From Auanema rhodensis (lineage: Eukaryota > Animalia > Nematoda), in assembly GCA_964057225.1 (NCBI GenBank), contig OZ059896.1:11594001-11658000 (forward strand): DNA of 64,000 nt, given 5' to 3'. The notes beneath the pieces were generated by a model. It saw only the letters and a list, made by a program, of their open reading frames with translations. It did no database searches and was not told where the DNA came from. Both the position numbers and the translations under genes were made by a program. How positions within the stretch are numbered: the first letter of the stretch is position 1; each line of letters begins with the position of its first letter. Shown one piece after another: positions 1-15,000 of this stretch.

Positions 1-3000
1 ACCACTATTTCATAATTTCATTCTTTAAAATTTTATTCATTAAAAAATATTTAAATTTCAATATTGTGATGCTCAAAAACTGAAACATTCAAATATTTTG
101 TATTTTCTAAACCATTTCACTAAATCCATATTATTTAATCCCGTATTTTAAACAATTTTATAATTCTACGACTATTTGATAATTTCATTTTTTAAATTTT
201 CAATCATTAAAAAACATTTAAATTTCAATATTGTGATGCTCAAAAACTGAAACATTTAAATATTTTGTATTTTCTAAACCATTTCACTAAATCTATTCTA
301 TTTAATTCCATATTTTAAACAATTTTATAATTCTACGACTATTTGATAATTTCATTTTTTAAATTTTCAATCATTAAAAAACATTTAAATTTCAATATTG
401 TGATGCTCAAAAACTGAAACATTTAAATATTTTGTATTTTCTAAACCATTTCACTAAATCTATTCTATTTAATTCCATATTTTAAACAATTTTATAATTC
501 TACCACTATTTCATAATTTCATTCTTTAAATTTTTAATCATTAAAAAACATTTAAATTTCAATATTGTGATGCTCAAAAACTGAAACATTTAAATATTTT
601 GTATTTTCTTAACCATTACACTCCATCTCTTTTATTTAATCCCATATTTTAAACAATTTCATAATTCTACCACTATTTCATAATTTCATTCTTTAAATTT
701 TTAATCATTAAAAAACATTTAAATTTCAATATTGTGATGCTCAAAAACTGAAACATTTAAATATTTTGTATTTTCTAAACCATTTCACTAAATCTATTTT
801 ATTTAATTCCATATTTTAAACAATTTTATAATTCTACGACTATTTGATAATTTCATTTTTTAAATTTTCAATCATTAAAAAACATTTAAATTTCAATATT
901 GTGATGCTCAAAAACTGAAACATTTAAATATTTTGTATTTTCTAAACCATTTCACTAAATCTATTTTATTTAATCCCATATTTTAAACTATTTTATAATT
1001 CTACCACTATTTCATAATTTCATTCTTTAAATTTTTAATCATTAAAAAACATATAAATTTCAATATTGTGATGATCAAAAACTGAAACATTTAAATATTT
1101 TGTATTTTCTAAACCATTTCACTAAATCTATTTTATTTAATTCCATTTTTTAAACAATTTTATAATTCTACGACTATTTCATAATTTCATTTTTTAAATT
1201 TTCAATCATTAAAAAACATTTAAATTTCAATATTGTGATGCTCAAAAACTGAAACATTTAAATATTTTGTATTTTCTAAACCATTTCACTAAATCTATTT
1301 TATTTAATCCCATATTTTAAACTATTTTATAATTCTACCACTATTTCATAATTTCATTCTTTAAATTTTTAATCATTAAAAAACATATAAATTTCAATAT
1401 TGTGATGATCAAAAACTGAAAAATTTAAATATTTTGTATTTTCTAAACCATTTCACTAAATCTATTTTATTTAATTCCATTTTTTAAACAATTTTATAAT
1501 TCTACGACTATTTCATAATTTCATTTTTTAAATTTTTAATCATTAAAAAACATTTAAATTTCAATATTGTGATGCTCAAAAACTGAAACATTTAAATATT
1601 TTGTATTTTCTAAACCATTTCACTCCATCTCTTTTGATTAATTCCATATTTTTAACAATTTCATATTTCTACCACGAATTCATAACTTCATTTTTTAAAT
1701 TTTTAATCATTAAAAAACATTTAAATTTCAATATTGTGATGCTCAAAAACTGAAACATTTAAATATTTTGTATTTTCTTAACCATTACACTCCATCTCTT
1801 TTATTTAATCCCATATTTTAAACAATTTCATAATTCTACCACTATTTCATAATTTCATTCTTTAAAATTTTATTCATTAAAAAATATTTAAATTTCAATA
1901 TTGTGATGCTCAAAAACTGAAACATTTAAATATTTTGTATTTTCTTAACCATTACACTCCATTTCTTTTATTTAATCCCATATTTTAAACAATTTCATAA
2001 TTCTACCACTATTTCATAATTTCATTCTTTAAATTTTTAATCATTAAAAAACATTTAAATTTCAATATTGTGATGCTCAAAAACTGAAACATTTAAATAT
2101 TTTGTATTTTCTAAACCATTTCACTAAATCTATTCTATTTAATTCCATATTTTAAACAATTTTATAATTCTACCACTATTTGATAATTTCATTTTTTAAA
2201 TTTTCAATCATTAAAAAACATTTAAATTTCAATATTGTGATGCTCAAAAACTGAAACATTTAAATATTTTGTATTTTCTAAACCATTTCACTAAATCTAT
2301 ATTATTTAATCCCATATTTTGAACAATTTTATAATTCTACCACTATTTCATAATTTCATTCTTTAAATTTTTAATCATTAAAAAACATATAAATTTCAAT
2401 ATTGTGATGCTCAAAAACTGAAACATTTAAATATTTTGTATTTTCTAAACCATTTTACTAAATCTATTTTATTTAATTCCATATTTCAAACAATTTTATA
2501 ATTCTACGACTATTTGATAATTTCATTTTTTAAATTTTCAATCATTAAAAAACATTTAAATTTCAATATTGTGATGCTCAAAAACTGAAACATTTAAATA
2601 TTTTGTATTTTCTAAACCATTTCACTAAATCTATTTTATTTAATCCCATATTTTAAACTATTTTATAATTCTACCACTATTTCATAATTTCATTCTTTAA
2701 ATTTTTAATCATTAAAAAACATATAAATTTCAATATTGTGATGATCAAAAACTGAAACATTTAAATATTTTGTATTTTCTAAACCATTTCACTAAATCTA
2801 TTTTATTTAATTCCATTTTTTAAACAATTTTATAATTCTACGACTATTTCATAATTTCATTTTTTAAATTTTCAATCATTAAAAAACATTTAAATTTCAA
2901 TATTGTGATGCTCAAAAACTGAAACATTTAAATATTTTGTATTTTCTAAACCATTTCACTAAATCTATTTTATTTAATCCCATATTTTAAACTATTTTAT

Positions 3001-6000
3001 AATTCTACCACTATTTCATAATTTCATTCTTTAAATTTTTAATCATTAAAAAACATATAAATTTCAATATTGTGATGATCAAAAACTGAAAAATTTAAAT
3101 ATTTTGTATTTTCTAAACCATTTCACTAAATCTATTTTATTTAATTCCATTTTTTAAACAATTTTATAAATCTACGACTATTTCATAATTTCATTTTTTA
3201 AATTTTTAATCATTAAAAAACATTTAAATTTCAATATTGTGATGCTCAAAAACTGAAACATTTAAATATTTTGTATTTTCTAAACCATTTCACTCCATCT
3301 CTTTTGATTAATTCCATATTTTTAACAATTTCATATTTCTACCACAAATTCATAACTTCATTTTTTAAATTTTTAATCATTAAAAAACATTTAAATTTCA
3401 ATATTGTGATGCTCAAAAACTGAAACATTTAAATATTTTGTATTTTCTTAACCATTACACTCCATCTCTTTTATTTAATCCCATATTTTAAACAATTTCA
3501 TAATTCTACCACTATTTCATAATTTCATTCTTTAAAATTTTATTCATTAAAAAATATTTAAATTTCAATATTGTGATGCTCAAAAACTGAAACATTCAAA
3601 TATTTTGTATTTTCTAAACCATTTCACTAAATCTATTTTATTTAATTCCATTTTTTAAACAATTTTATAATTCTACGACTATTTCATAATTTCATTTTTT
3701 AAATTTTTAATCATTAAAAAACATTTAAATTTCAATATTGTGATGCTCAAAAACTGAAACATTTAAATATTTTGTATTTTCTAAACCATTTCACTCCATC
3801 TCTTTTGATTAATTCCATATTTTTAACAATTTCATATTTCTACCACGAATTCATAACTTCATTTTTTAAATTTTTAATCATTAAAAAACATTTAAATTTC
3901 AATATTGTGATGCTCAAAAACTGAAACATTTAAATATTTTGTATTTTCTTAACCATTACACTCCATCTCTTTTATTTAATCCCATATTTTAAACAATTTC
4001 ATAATTCTACCACTATTTCATAATTTCATTCTTTAAAATTTTATTCATTAAAAAATATTTAAATTTCAATATTGTGATGCTCAAAAACTGAAACATTCAA
4101 ATATTTTGTATTTTCTAAACCATTTCACTAAATCTATATTATTTAATCCCGTATTTTAAACAATTTTATAGTTCTACGACTATTTGATAATTTCATTTTT
4201 TAAATTTTCAATCATTAAAAAACATTTAAATTTCAATATTGTGATGCTCAAAAACTGAAACATTTAAATATTTTGTATTTTCTAAACCATTTCACTAAAT
4301 CTATTCTATTTAATTCCATATTTTAAACAATTTTATAATTCTACGACTATTTGATAATTTCATTTTTTAAATTTTCAATCATTAAAAAACATTTAAATTT
4401 CAATATTGTGATGCTCAAAAACTGAAACATTTAAATATTTTGTATTTTCTAAACCATTTCACTAAATCTATTCTATTTAATTCCATATTTTAAACAATTT
4501 TATAATTCTACCACTATTTCATAATTTCATTCTTTAAATTTTTAATCATTAAAAAACATTTAAATTTCAATATTGTGATGCTCAAAAACTGAAACATTTA
4601 AATATTTTGTATTTTCTTAACCATTTCACTAAATCTATTTTATTTAATTCCATATTTTAAACAATTTTATAATTCTACCACTATTTCATAATTTCATTTT
4701 TTAAATTTTCAATCATTAAAAAACATTTAAATTTCAATATTGTGATGCTCAAAAACTGAAACATTTAAATATTTTGTATTTTCTAAACCATTTCACTAAA
4801 TCTATTTTATTTAATCCCATATTTTAAACTATTTTATAATTCTACCACAATTTCATAATTTCATTCTTTAAATTTTTAATCATTAAAAAACCTATAAATT
4901 TCAATATTGTGATGATCAAAAACTGAAAAATTTAAATATTTTGTATTTTCTAAACCATTTCACTAAATCTATTTTATTTAATTCCATTTTTTAAACAATT
5001 TTATAATTCTACGACTATTTCATAATTTCATTCTTTAAATTTTTAATCATTAAAAAACATTTAAATTTCAATATTGTGATGCTCAAAAACTGAAACATTT
5101 AAATATTTTGTATTTTCTAAACCATTTCACTAAATCTATTTTATTTAATCCCATATTTTAAACTATTTTATAATTCTACCACAATTTCATAATTTCATTC
5201 TTTAAATTTTTAATCATTAAAAAACATTTAAATTTCAATATTGTGATGCTCAAAAACTGAAACATTCAAATATTTTGTATTTTCTAAACCATTTCACTAA
5301 ATCTATATTATTTAATCCCGTATTTTAAACAATTTTATAATTCTACGACTATTTGATAATTTCATTTTTTAAAATTTATTCATTAAAAAATATTTAAATT
5401 TCAATATTGTGATGCTCAAAAACTGAAACATTCAAATATTTTGTATTTTCTAAACCATTTCACTAAATCTATATTATTTAATCCCGTATTTTAAACAATT
5501 TTATAATTCTACGACTATTTGATAATTTCATTTTTTAAATTTTCAATCATTAAAAAACATTTAAATTTCAATATTGTGATGCTCAAAAACTGAAACATTT
5601 AAATATTTTGTATTTTCTAAACCATTTCACTAAATCTATTCTATTTAATTCCATATTTTAAACAATTTTATAATTCTACGACTATTTGATAATTTCATTT
5701 TTTAAATTTTCAATCATTAAAAAACATTTAAATTTCAATATTGTGATGCTCAAAAACTGAAACATTTAAATATTTTGTATTTTCTAAACCATTTCACTAA
5801 ATCTATTCTATTTAATTCCATATTTTAAACAATTTTATAATTCTACCACTATTTCATAATTTCATTCTTTAAATTTTTAATCATTAAAAAACATTTAAAT
5901 TTCAATATTGTGATGCTCAAAAACTGAAACATTTGAATATTTTGTATTTTCTAAACCATTTCACTAAATCTATTCTATTTAATTCCATATTTTAAACAAT

Positions 6001-9000
6001 TTTATAATTCTACCACTATTTCATAATTTCATTCTTTAAATTTTTAATCATTAAAAAACATTTAAATTTCAATATTGTGATGCTCAAAAACTGAAACATT
6101 TAAATATTTTGTATTTTCTTAACCATTACACTCCATCTCTTTTATTTAATCCCATATTTTAAACAATTTCATAATTCTACCACTATTTCATAATTTCATT
6201 CTTTAAAATTTTATTCATTAAAAAATATTTAAATTTCAATATTGTGATGCTCAAAAACTGAAACATTCAAATATTTTGTATTTTCTAAACCATTTCACTA
6301 AATCTATTTTATTTAATTCCATTTTTTAAACAATTTTATAATTCTACGACTATTTCATAATTTCATTTTTTAAATTTTTAATCATTAAAAAACATTTAAA
6401 TTTCAATATTGTGATGCTCAAAAACTGAAACATTTAAATATTTTGTATTTTCTAAACCATTTCACTCCATCTCTTTTGATTAATTCCATATTTTTAACAA
6501 TTTCATATTTCTACCACGAATTCATAACTTCATTTTTTAAATTTTTAATCATTAAAAAACATTTAAATTTCAATATTGTGATGCTCAAAAACTGAAACAT
6601 TCAAATATTTTGTATTTTCTAAACCATTTCACTAAATCTATATTATTTAATCCCGTATTTTAAACAATTTTATAATTCTACGACTATTTGATAATTTCAT
6701 TTTTTAAATTTTCAATCATTAAAAAACATTTAAATTTCAATATTGTGATGCTCAAAAACTGAAACATTTAAATATTTTGTATTTTCTAAACCATTTCACT
6801 AAATCTATTCTATTTAATTCCATATTTTAAACAATTTTATAATTCTACGACTATTTGATAATTTCATTTTTTAAATTTTCAATCATTAAAAAACATTTAA
6901 ATTTCAATATTGTGATGCTCAAAAACTGAAACATTTAAATATTTTGTATTTTCTAAACCATTTCACTAAATCTATTCTATTTAATTCCATATTTTAAACA
7001 ATTTTATAATTCTACCACTATTTCATAATTTCATTCTTTAAATTTTTAATCATTAAAAAACATTTAAATTTCAATATTGTGATGCTCAAAAACTGAAACA
7101 TTTAAATATTTTGTATTTTCTAAACCATTTCACTAAATCTATTCTATTTAATTCCATATTTTAAACAATTTTATAATTCTACCACTATTTCATAATTTCA
7201 TTCTTTAAATTTTTAATCATTAAAAAACATTTAAATTTCAATATTGTGATGCTCAAAAACTGAAACATTTAAATATTTTGTATTTTCTTAACCATTACAC
7301 TCCATCTCTTTTATTTAATCCCATATTTTAAACAATTTCATAATTCTACCACTATTTCATAATTTCATTCTTTAAAATTTTATTCATTAAAAAATATTTA
7401 AATTTCAATATTATGATGCTCAAAAACTGAAACATTTAAATATTTTGTATTTTCTAAACCATTTCACTAAATCTATTCTATTTAATTCCATATTTTAAAC
7501 AATTTTATAATTCTACCACTATTTCATAATTTCATTCTTTAAATTTTTAATCATTAAAAAACATTTAAATTTCAATATTGTGATGCTCAAAAACTGAAAC
7601 ATTTAAATATTTTGTATTTTCTAAACCATTTCACTAAATCTATTCTATTTAATTCCATATTTTAAACAATTTTATAATTCTACCACTATTTCATAATTTC
7701 ATTCTTTAAATTTTTAATCATTAAAAAACATTTAAATTTCAATATTGTGATGCTCAAAAACTGAAACATTTAAATATTTTGTATTTTCTTAACCATTACA
7801 CTCCATCTCTTTTATTTAATCCCATATTTTAAACAATTTCATAATTCTACCACTATTTCATAATTTCATTCTTTAAAATTTTATTCATTAAAAAATATTT
7901 AAATTTCAATATTGTGATGCTCAAAAACTGAAACATTTAAATATTTTGTATTTTCTTAACCATTACACTCCATTTCTTTTATTTAATCCCATATTTTAAA
8001 CAATTTCATAATTCTACCACTATTTCATAATTTCATTCTTTAAATTTTTAATCATTAAAAAACATTTAAATTTCAATATTATGATGCTCAAAAACTGAAA
8101 CATTTAAATATTTTGTATTTTCTAAACCATTTCACTAAATCTATTCTATTTAATTCCATATTTTAAACAATTTTATAATTCTACCACTATTTCATAATTT
8201 CATTCTTTAAAATTTTATTCTTTAAAAAATATTTAAATTTCAATATTGTGATGCTCAAAAACTGAAACATTTAAATATTTTGTATTTTCTAAACCATTTC
8301 ACTAAATCTATTCTATTTAATTCCATATTTTAAACAATTTTATATTTCTACCACTATTTCATAATTTCATTTTTTAAATTTTTAATCATTAAAAAACATA
8401 TAAATTTCAATATTGTGATGATCAAAAACTGAAACATTTAAATATTTTGTATTTTCTAAACCATTTCACTCCATCTCTTTCATTTAATTCCATATTTTAA
8501 ACAATTTTATATTTCTACCACGAATTCATAACTTCATTTTTTAAATTTTTAATCATTAAAAAACATTTAAATTTCAATATTGTGATGCTCAAAAACTGAA
8601 ACATTTAAATATTTTGTATTTTCTAAACCATTTCACTAAATCTATTCTATTTAATTCCATATTTTAAACAATTTTATATTTCTACCACTATTTCATAATT
8701 TCATTCTTTAAATTTTTAATCATTAAAAAACATTTAAATTTCAGTATTGTGATGATCAAAAACTGAAACATTTAAATATTTTGTATTTTCTAAACCATTT
8801 CACTAAATCTATTCTATTTAATTCCATATTTTAAACAATTTTATATTTCTACCACTATTTCATAATTTCATTCTTTAAATTTTTAATCATTAAAAAACAT
8901 TTAAATTTCAATATTGTGATGATCAAAAACTGAAACATTTAAATATTTTGTATTTTCTAAACCATTTCACTCCATCTCTTTTAATTAATTCCATATTTTA

Positions 9001-12000
9001 ACAATTTCATATTTCTACCACGAATTCATAACTTCATTTTTTAAATTTTTAATCATTAAAAAACATTTAAATTTCAATATTGTGATGCTCAAAAACTGAA
9101 ACATTTAAATATTTTGTATTTTCTAAACCATTTCACTCCATCTCTTTTAATTAATTCCATATTTTGAACAATTTTATAATTCTACCACTATTTCATAATT
9201 TCATTCTTTAAATTTTTAATCATTAAAAAACATATAAATTTCAATATTGTGATGATCAAAAACTGAAACATTTAAATATTTTGTATTTTCTAAACCATTT
9301 CACTAAATCTATTTTATTTAATTCCATATTTTAAACAATTTTATAATTCTACGACTATTTGATAATTTCATTTTTTAAATTTTCAATCATTAAAAAACAT
9401 TTAAATTTCAATATTGTGATGCTCAAAAACTGAAACATTTAAATATTTTGTATTTTCTAAACCATTTCACTAAATCTATTCTATTTAATTCCATATTTTA
9501 AACAATTTTATAATTCTACCACTATTTCATAATTTCATTCTTTAAATTTTTAATCATTAAAAAACATTTAAATTTCAATATTGTGATGCTCAAAAACTGA
9601 AACATTTGAATATTTTGTATTTTCTAAACCATTTCACTAAATCTATTCTATTTAATTCCATATTTTAAACAATTTTATAATTCTACCACTATTTCATAAT
9701 TTCATTCTTTAAATTTTTAATCATTAAAAAACATTTAAATTTCAATATTGTGATGCTCAAAAACTGAAACATTTAAATATTTTGTATTTTCTTAACCATT
9801 ACACTCCATCTCTTTTATTTAATCCCATATTTTAAACAATTTCATAATTCTACCACTATTTCATAATTTCATTCTTTAAAATTTTATTCATTAAAAAATA
9901 TTTAAATTTCAATATTGTGATGCTCAAAAACTGAAACATTCAAATATTTTGTATTTTCTAAACCATTTCACTAAATCTATTTTATTTAATTCCATTTTTT
10001 AAACAATTTTATAATTCTACGACTATTTCATAATTTCATTTTTTAAATTTTTAATCATTAAAAAACATTTAAATTTCAATATTGTGATGCTCAAAAACTG
10101 AAACATTTAAATATTTTGTATTTTCTAAACCATTTCACTCCATCTCTTTTGATTAATTCCATATTTTTAACAATTTCATATTTCTACCACGAATTCATAA
10201 CTTCATTTTTTAAATTTTTAATCATTAAAAAACATTTAAATTTCAATATTGTGATGCTCAAAAACTGAAACATTCAAATATTTTGTATTTTCTAAACCAT
10301 TTCACTAAATCTATATTATTTAATCCCGTATTTTAAACAATTTTATAATTCTACGACTATTTGATAATTTCATTTTTTAAATTTTCAATCATTAAAAAAC
10401 ATTTAAATTTCAATATTGTGATGCTCAAAAACTGAAACATTTAAATATTTTGTATTTTCTAAACCATTTCACTAAATCTATTCTATTTAATTCCATATTT
10501 TAAACAATTTTATAATTCTACGACTATTTGATAATTTCATTTTTTAAATTTTCAATCATTAAAAAACATTTAAATTTCAATATTGTGATGCTCAAAAACT
10601 GAAACATTTAAATATTTTGTATTTTCTAAACCATTTCACTAAATCTATTCTATTTAATTCCATATTTTAAACAATTTTATAATTCTACCACTATTTCATA
10701 ATTTCATTCTTTAAATTTTTAATCATTAAAAAACATTTAAATTTCAATATTGTGATGCTCAAAAACTGAAACATTTAAATATTTTGTATTTTCTAAACCA
10801 TTTCACTAAATCTATTCTATTTAATTCCATATTTTAAACAATTTTATAATTCTACCACTATTTCATAATTTCATTCTTTAAATTTTTAATCATTAAAAAA
10901 CATTTAAATTTCAATATTGTGATGCTCAAAAACTGAAACATTTAAATATTTTGTATTTTCTTAACCATTACACTCCATCTCTTTTATTTAATCCCATATT
11001 TTAAACAATTTCATAATTCTACCACTATTTCATAATTTCATTCTTTAAAATTTTATTCATTAAAAAATATTTAAATTTCAATATTATGATGCTCAAAAAC
11101 TGAAACATTTAAATATTTTGTATTTTCTAAACCATTTCACTAAATCTATTCTATTTAATTCCATATTTTAAACAATTTTATAATTCTACCACTATTTCAT
11201 AATTTCATTCTTTAAATTTTTAATCATTAAAAAACATTTAAATTTCAATATTGTGATGCTCAAAAACTGAAACATTTAAATATTTTGTATTTTCTAAACC
11301 ATTTCACTAAATCTATTCTATTTAATTCCATATTTTAAACAATTTTATAATTCTACCACTATTTCATAATTTCATTCTTTAAATTTTTAATCATTAAAAA
11401 ACATTTAAATTTCAATATTGTGATGCTCAAAAACTGAAACATTTAAATATTTTGTATTTTCTTAACCATTACACTCCATCTCTTTTATTTAATCCCATAT
11501 TTTAAACAATTTCATAATTCTACCACTATTTCATAATTTCATTCTTTAAAATTTTATTCATTAAAAAATATTTAAATTTCAATATTATGATGCTCAAAAA
11601 CTGAAACATTTAAATATTTTGTATTTTCTAAACCATTTCACTAAATCTATTCTATTTAATTCCATATTTTAAACAATTTTATAATTCTACCACTATTTCA
11701 TAATTTCATTCTTTAAATTTTTAATCATTAAAAAACATTTAAATTTCAATATTGTGATGCTCAAAAACTGAAACATTTAAATATTTTGTATTTTCTAAAC
11801 CATTTCACTAAATCTATTCTATTTAATTCCATATTTTAAACAATTTTATAATTCTACCACTATTTCATAATTTCATTCTTTAAATTTTTAATCATTAAAA
11901 AACATTTAAATTTCAATATTGTGATGCTCAAAAACTGAAACATTTAAATATTTTGTATTTTCTTAACCATTACACTCCATCTCTTTTATTTAATCCCATA

Positions 12001-15000
12001 TTTTAAACAATTTCATAATTCTACCACTATTTCATAATTTCATTCTTTAAAATTTTATTCATTAAAAAATATTTAAATTTCAATATTGTGATGCTCAAAA
12101 ACTGAAACATTTAAATATTTTGTATTTTCTTAACCATTACACTCCATTTCTTTTATTTAATCCCATATTTTAAACAATTTCATAATTCTACCACTATTTC
12201 ATAATTTCATTCTTTAAATTTTTAATCATTAAAAAACATTTAAATTTCAATATTATGATGCTCAAAAACTGAAACATTTAAATATTTTGTATTTTCTAAA
12301 CCATTTCACTAAATCTATTCTATTTAATTCCATATTTTAAACAATTTTATAATTCTACCACTATTTCATAATTTCATTCTTTAAAATTTTATTCTTTAAA
12401 AAATATTTAAATTTCAATATTGTGATGCTCAAAAACTGAAACATTTAAATATTTTGTATTTTCTAAACCATTTCACTAAATCTATTCTATTTAATTCCAT
12501 ATTTTAAACAATTTTATATTTCTACCACTATTTCATAATTTCATTTTTTAAATTTTTAATCATTAAAAAACATATAAATTTCAATATTGTGATGATCAAA
12601 AACTGAAACATTTAAATATTTTGTATTTTCTAAACCATTTCACTCCATCTCTTTCATTCAATTCCATATTTTAAACAATTTTATATTTCTACCACGAATT
12701 CATAACTTCATTTTTTAAATTTTTAATCATTAAAAAACATTTAAATTTCAATATTGTGATGCTCAAAAACTGAAACATTTAAATATTTTGTATTTTCTAA
12801 ACCATTTCACTAAATCTATTCTATTTAATTCCATATTTTAAACAATTTTATATTTCTACCACTATTTCATAATTTCATTCTTTAAATTTTTAATCATTAA
12901 AAAACATTTAAATTTCAGTATTGTGATGATCAAAAACTGAAACATTTAAATATTTTGTATTTTCTAAACCATTTCACTAAATCTATTCTATTTAATTCCA
13001 TATTTTAAACAATTTTATATTTCTACCACTATTTCATAATTTCATTCTTTAAATTTTTAATCATTAAAAAACATTTAAATTTCAATATTGTGATGATCAA
13101 AAACTGAAACATTTAAATATTTTGTATTTTCTAAACCATTTCACTCCATCTCTTTTAATTAATTCCATATTTTAACAATTTCATATTTCTACCACGAATT
13201 CATAACTTCATTTTTTAAATTTTTAATCATTAAAAAACATTTAAATTTCAATATTGTGATGCTCAAAAACTGAAACATTTAAATATTTTGTATTTTCTAA
13301 ACCATTTCACTCCATCTCTTTTAATTAATTCCATATTTTAACAATTTCATATTTCTACCACGAATTCATAACTTCATTTTTTAAATTTTTAATCATTAAA
13401 AAACATTTAAATTTCAATATTGTGATGCTCAAAAACTGAAACATTTAAATATTTTGTATTTTCTTAACCATTACACTCCATCTCTTTTATTTAATTCCAT
13501 ACTTTAAACAATTTCATAATTCTACCACTATTTCATAATTTCATTCTTTAAAATTTTATTCATTAAAAAATATTTAAATTTCAATATTGTGATGCTCAAA
13601 AACTGAAACATTCAAATATTTTGTATTTTCTAAACCATTTCACTAAATCTATATTATTTAATCCCATATTTTGAACAATTTTATAATTCTACCACTATTT
13701 CATAATTTCATTCTTTAAATTTTTAATCATTAAAAAACATATAAATTTCAATATTGTGATGATCAAAAACTGAAACATTTAAATATTTTGTATTTTCTAA
13801 ACCATTTCACTAAATCTATTTTATTTAATTCCATATTTTAAACAATTTTATAATTCTACGACTATTTGATAATTTCATTTTTTAAATTTTCAATCATTAA
13901 AAAACATATAAATTTCAATATTGTGATGATCAAAAACTGAAACATTTAAATATTTTGTATTTTCTAAACCATTTCACTAAATCTATTTTATTTAATCCCA
14001 TATTTGAAACAACTTCATATTTCTACCACAATTTCATAATTTCATTTTTTAAATTTCTAATCATTAAAAAACTTTTAAATTTCAATATTGTGATGCTCAA
14101 AAACTGAAACATTTAAATATTTTGTATTTTCTAAACCATTTCACTAAATCTATTTTATTTAATCCCATATTTTAAACAATTTTATAATTCTACCACTATA
14201 TCATAATTTCATTCTTTAAATTTTTAATCATTAAGAAACATTTACATTTCAATATTGTGATGCTCAAAAACTGAAACATTTAAATATTTTGTATTTTCTA
14301 AACCATTTCACTAAATCTATATTATTTAATCCCATATTTTGAACAATTTTATAATTCTACCACTATTTGATAATTTCATTTTTTAAATTTTCAATCATTA
14401 AAAAACATTTACATTTCAATATTGTGATGCTCAAAAACTGAAACATTTAAATATTTTGTATTTTCTAAACCATTTCACTAAATCTATATTATTTAATCCC
14501 ATATTTTGAACAATTTTATAATTCTACCACTATATCATAATTTCATTCTTTAAATTTTTAATCATTAAGAAACATTTACATTTCAATATTGTGATGCTCA
14601 AAAACTGAAACATTTAAATATTTTGTATTTTCTAAACCATTTCACTAAATCTATTTTATTTAATCCCATATTTGAAACAATTTTATAATTCTACCACTAT
14701 TTCATAATTTCATTCTTTAAAATTTTATTCATTAAAAAATATTTAAATTTCAATATTGTGATGCTCAAAAACTGAAACATTCAAATATTTTGTATTTTCT
14801 AAACCATTTCACTAAATCTATATTATTTAATCCCATATTTTGAACAATTTTATAATTCTACCACTATTTCATAATTTCATTCTTTAAATTTTTAATCATT
14901 AAAAAACATATAAATTTCAATATTGTGATGATCAAAAACTGAAACATTTAAATATTTTGTATTTTCTAAACCATTTCACTAAATCTATTTTATTTAATTC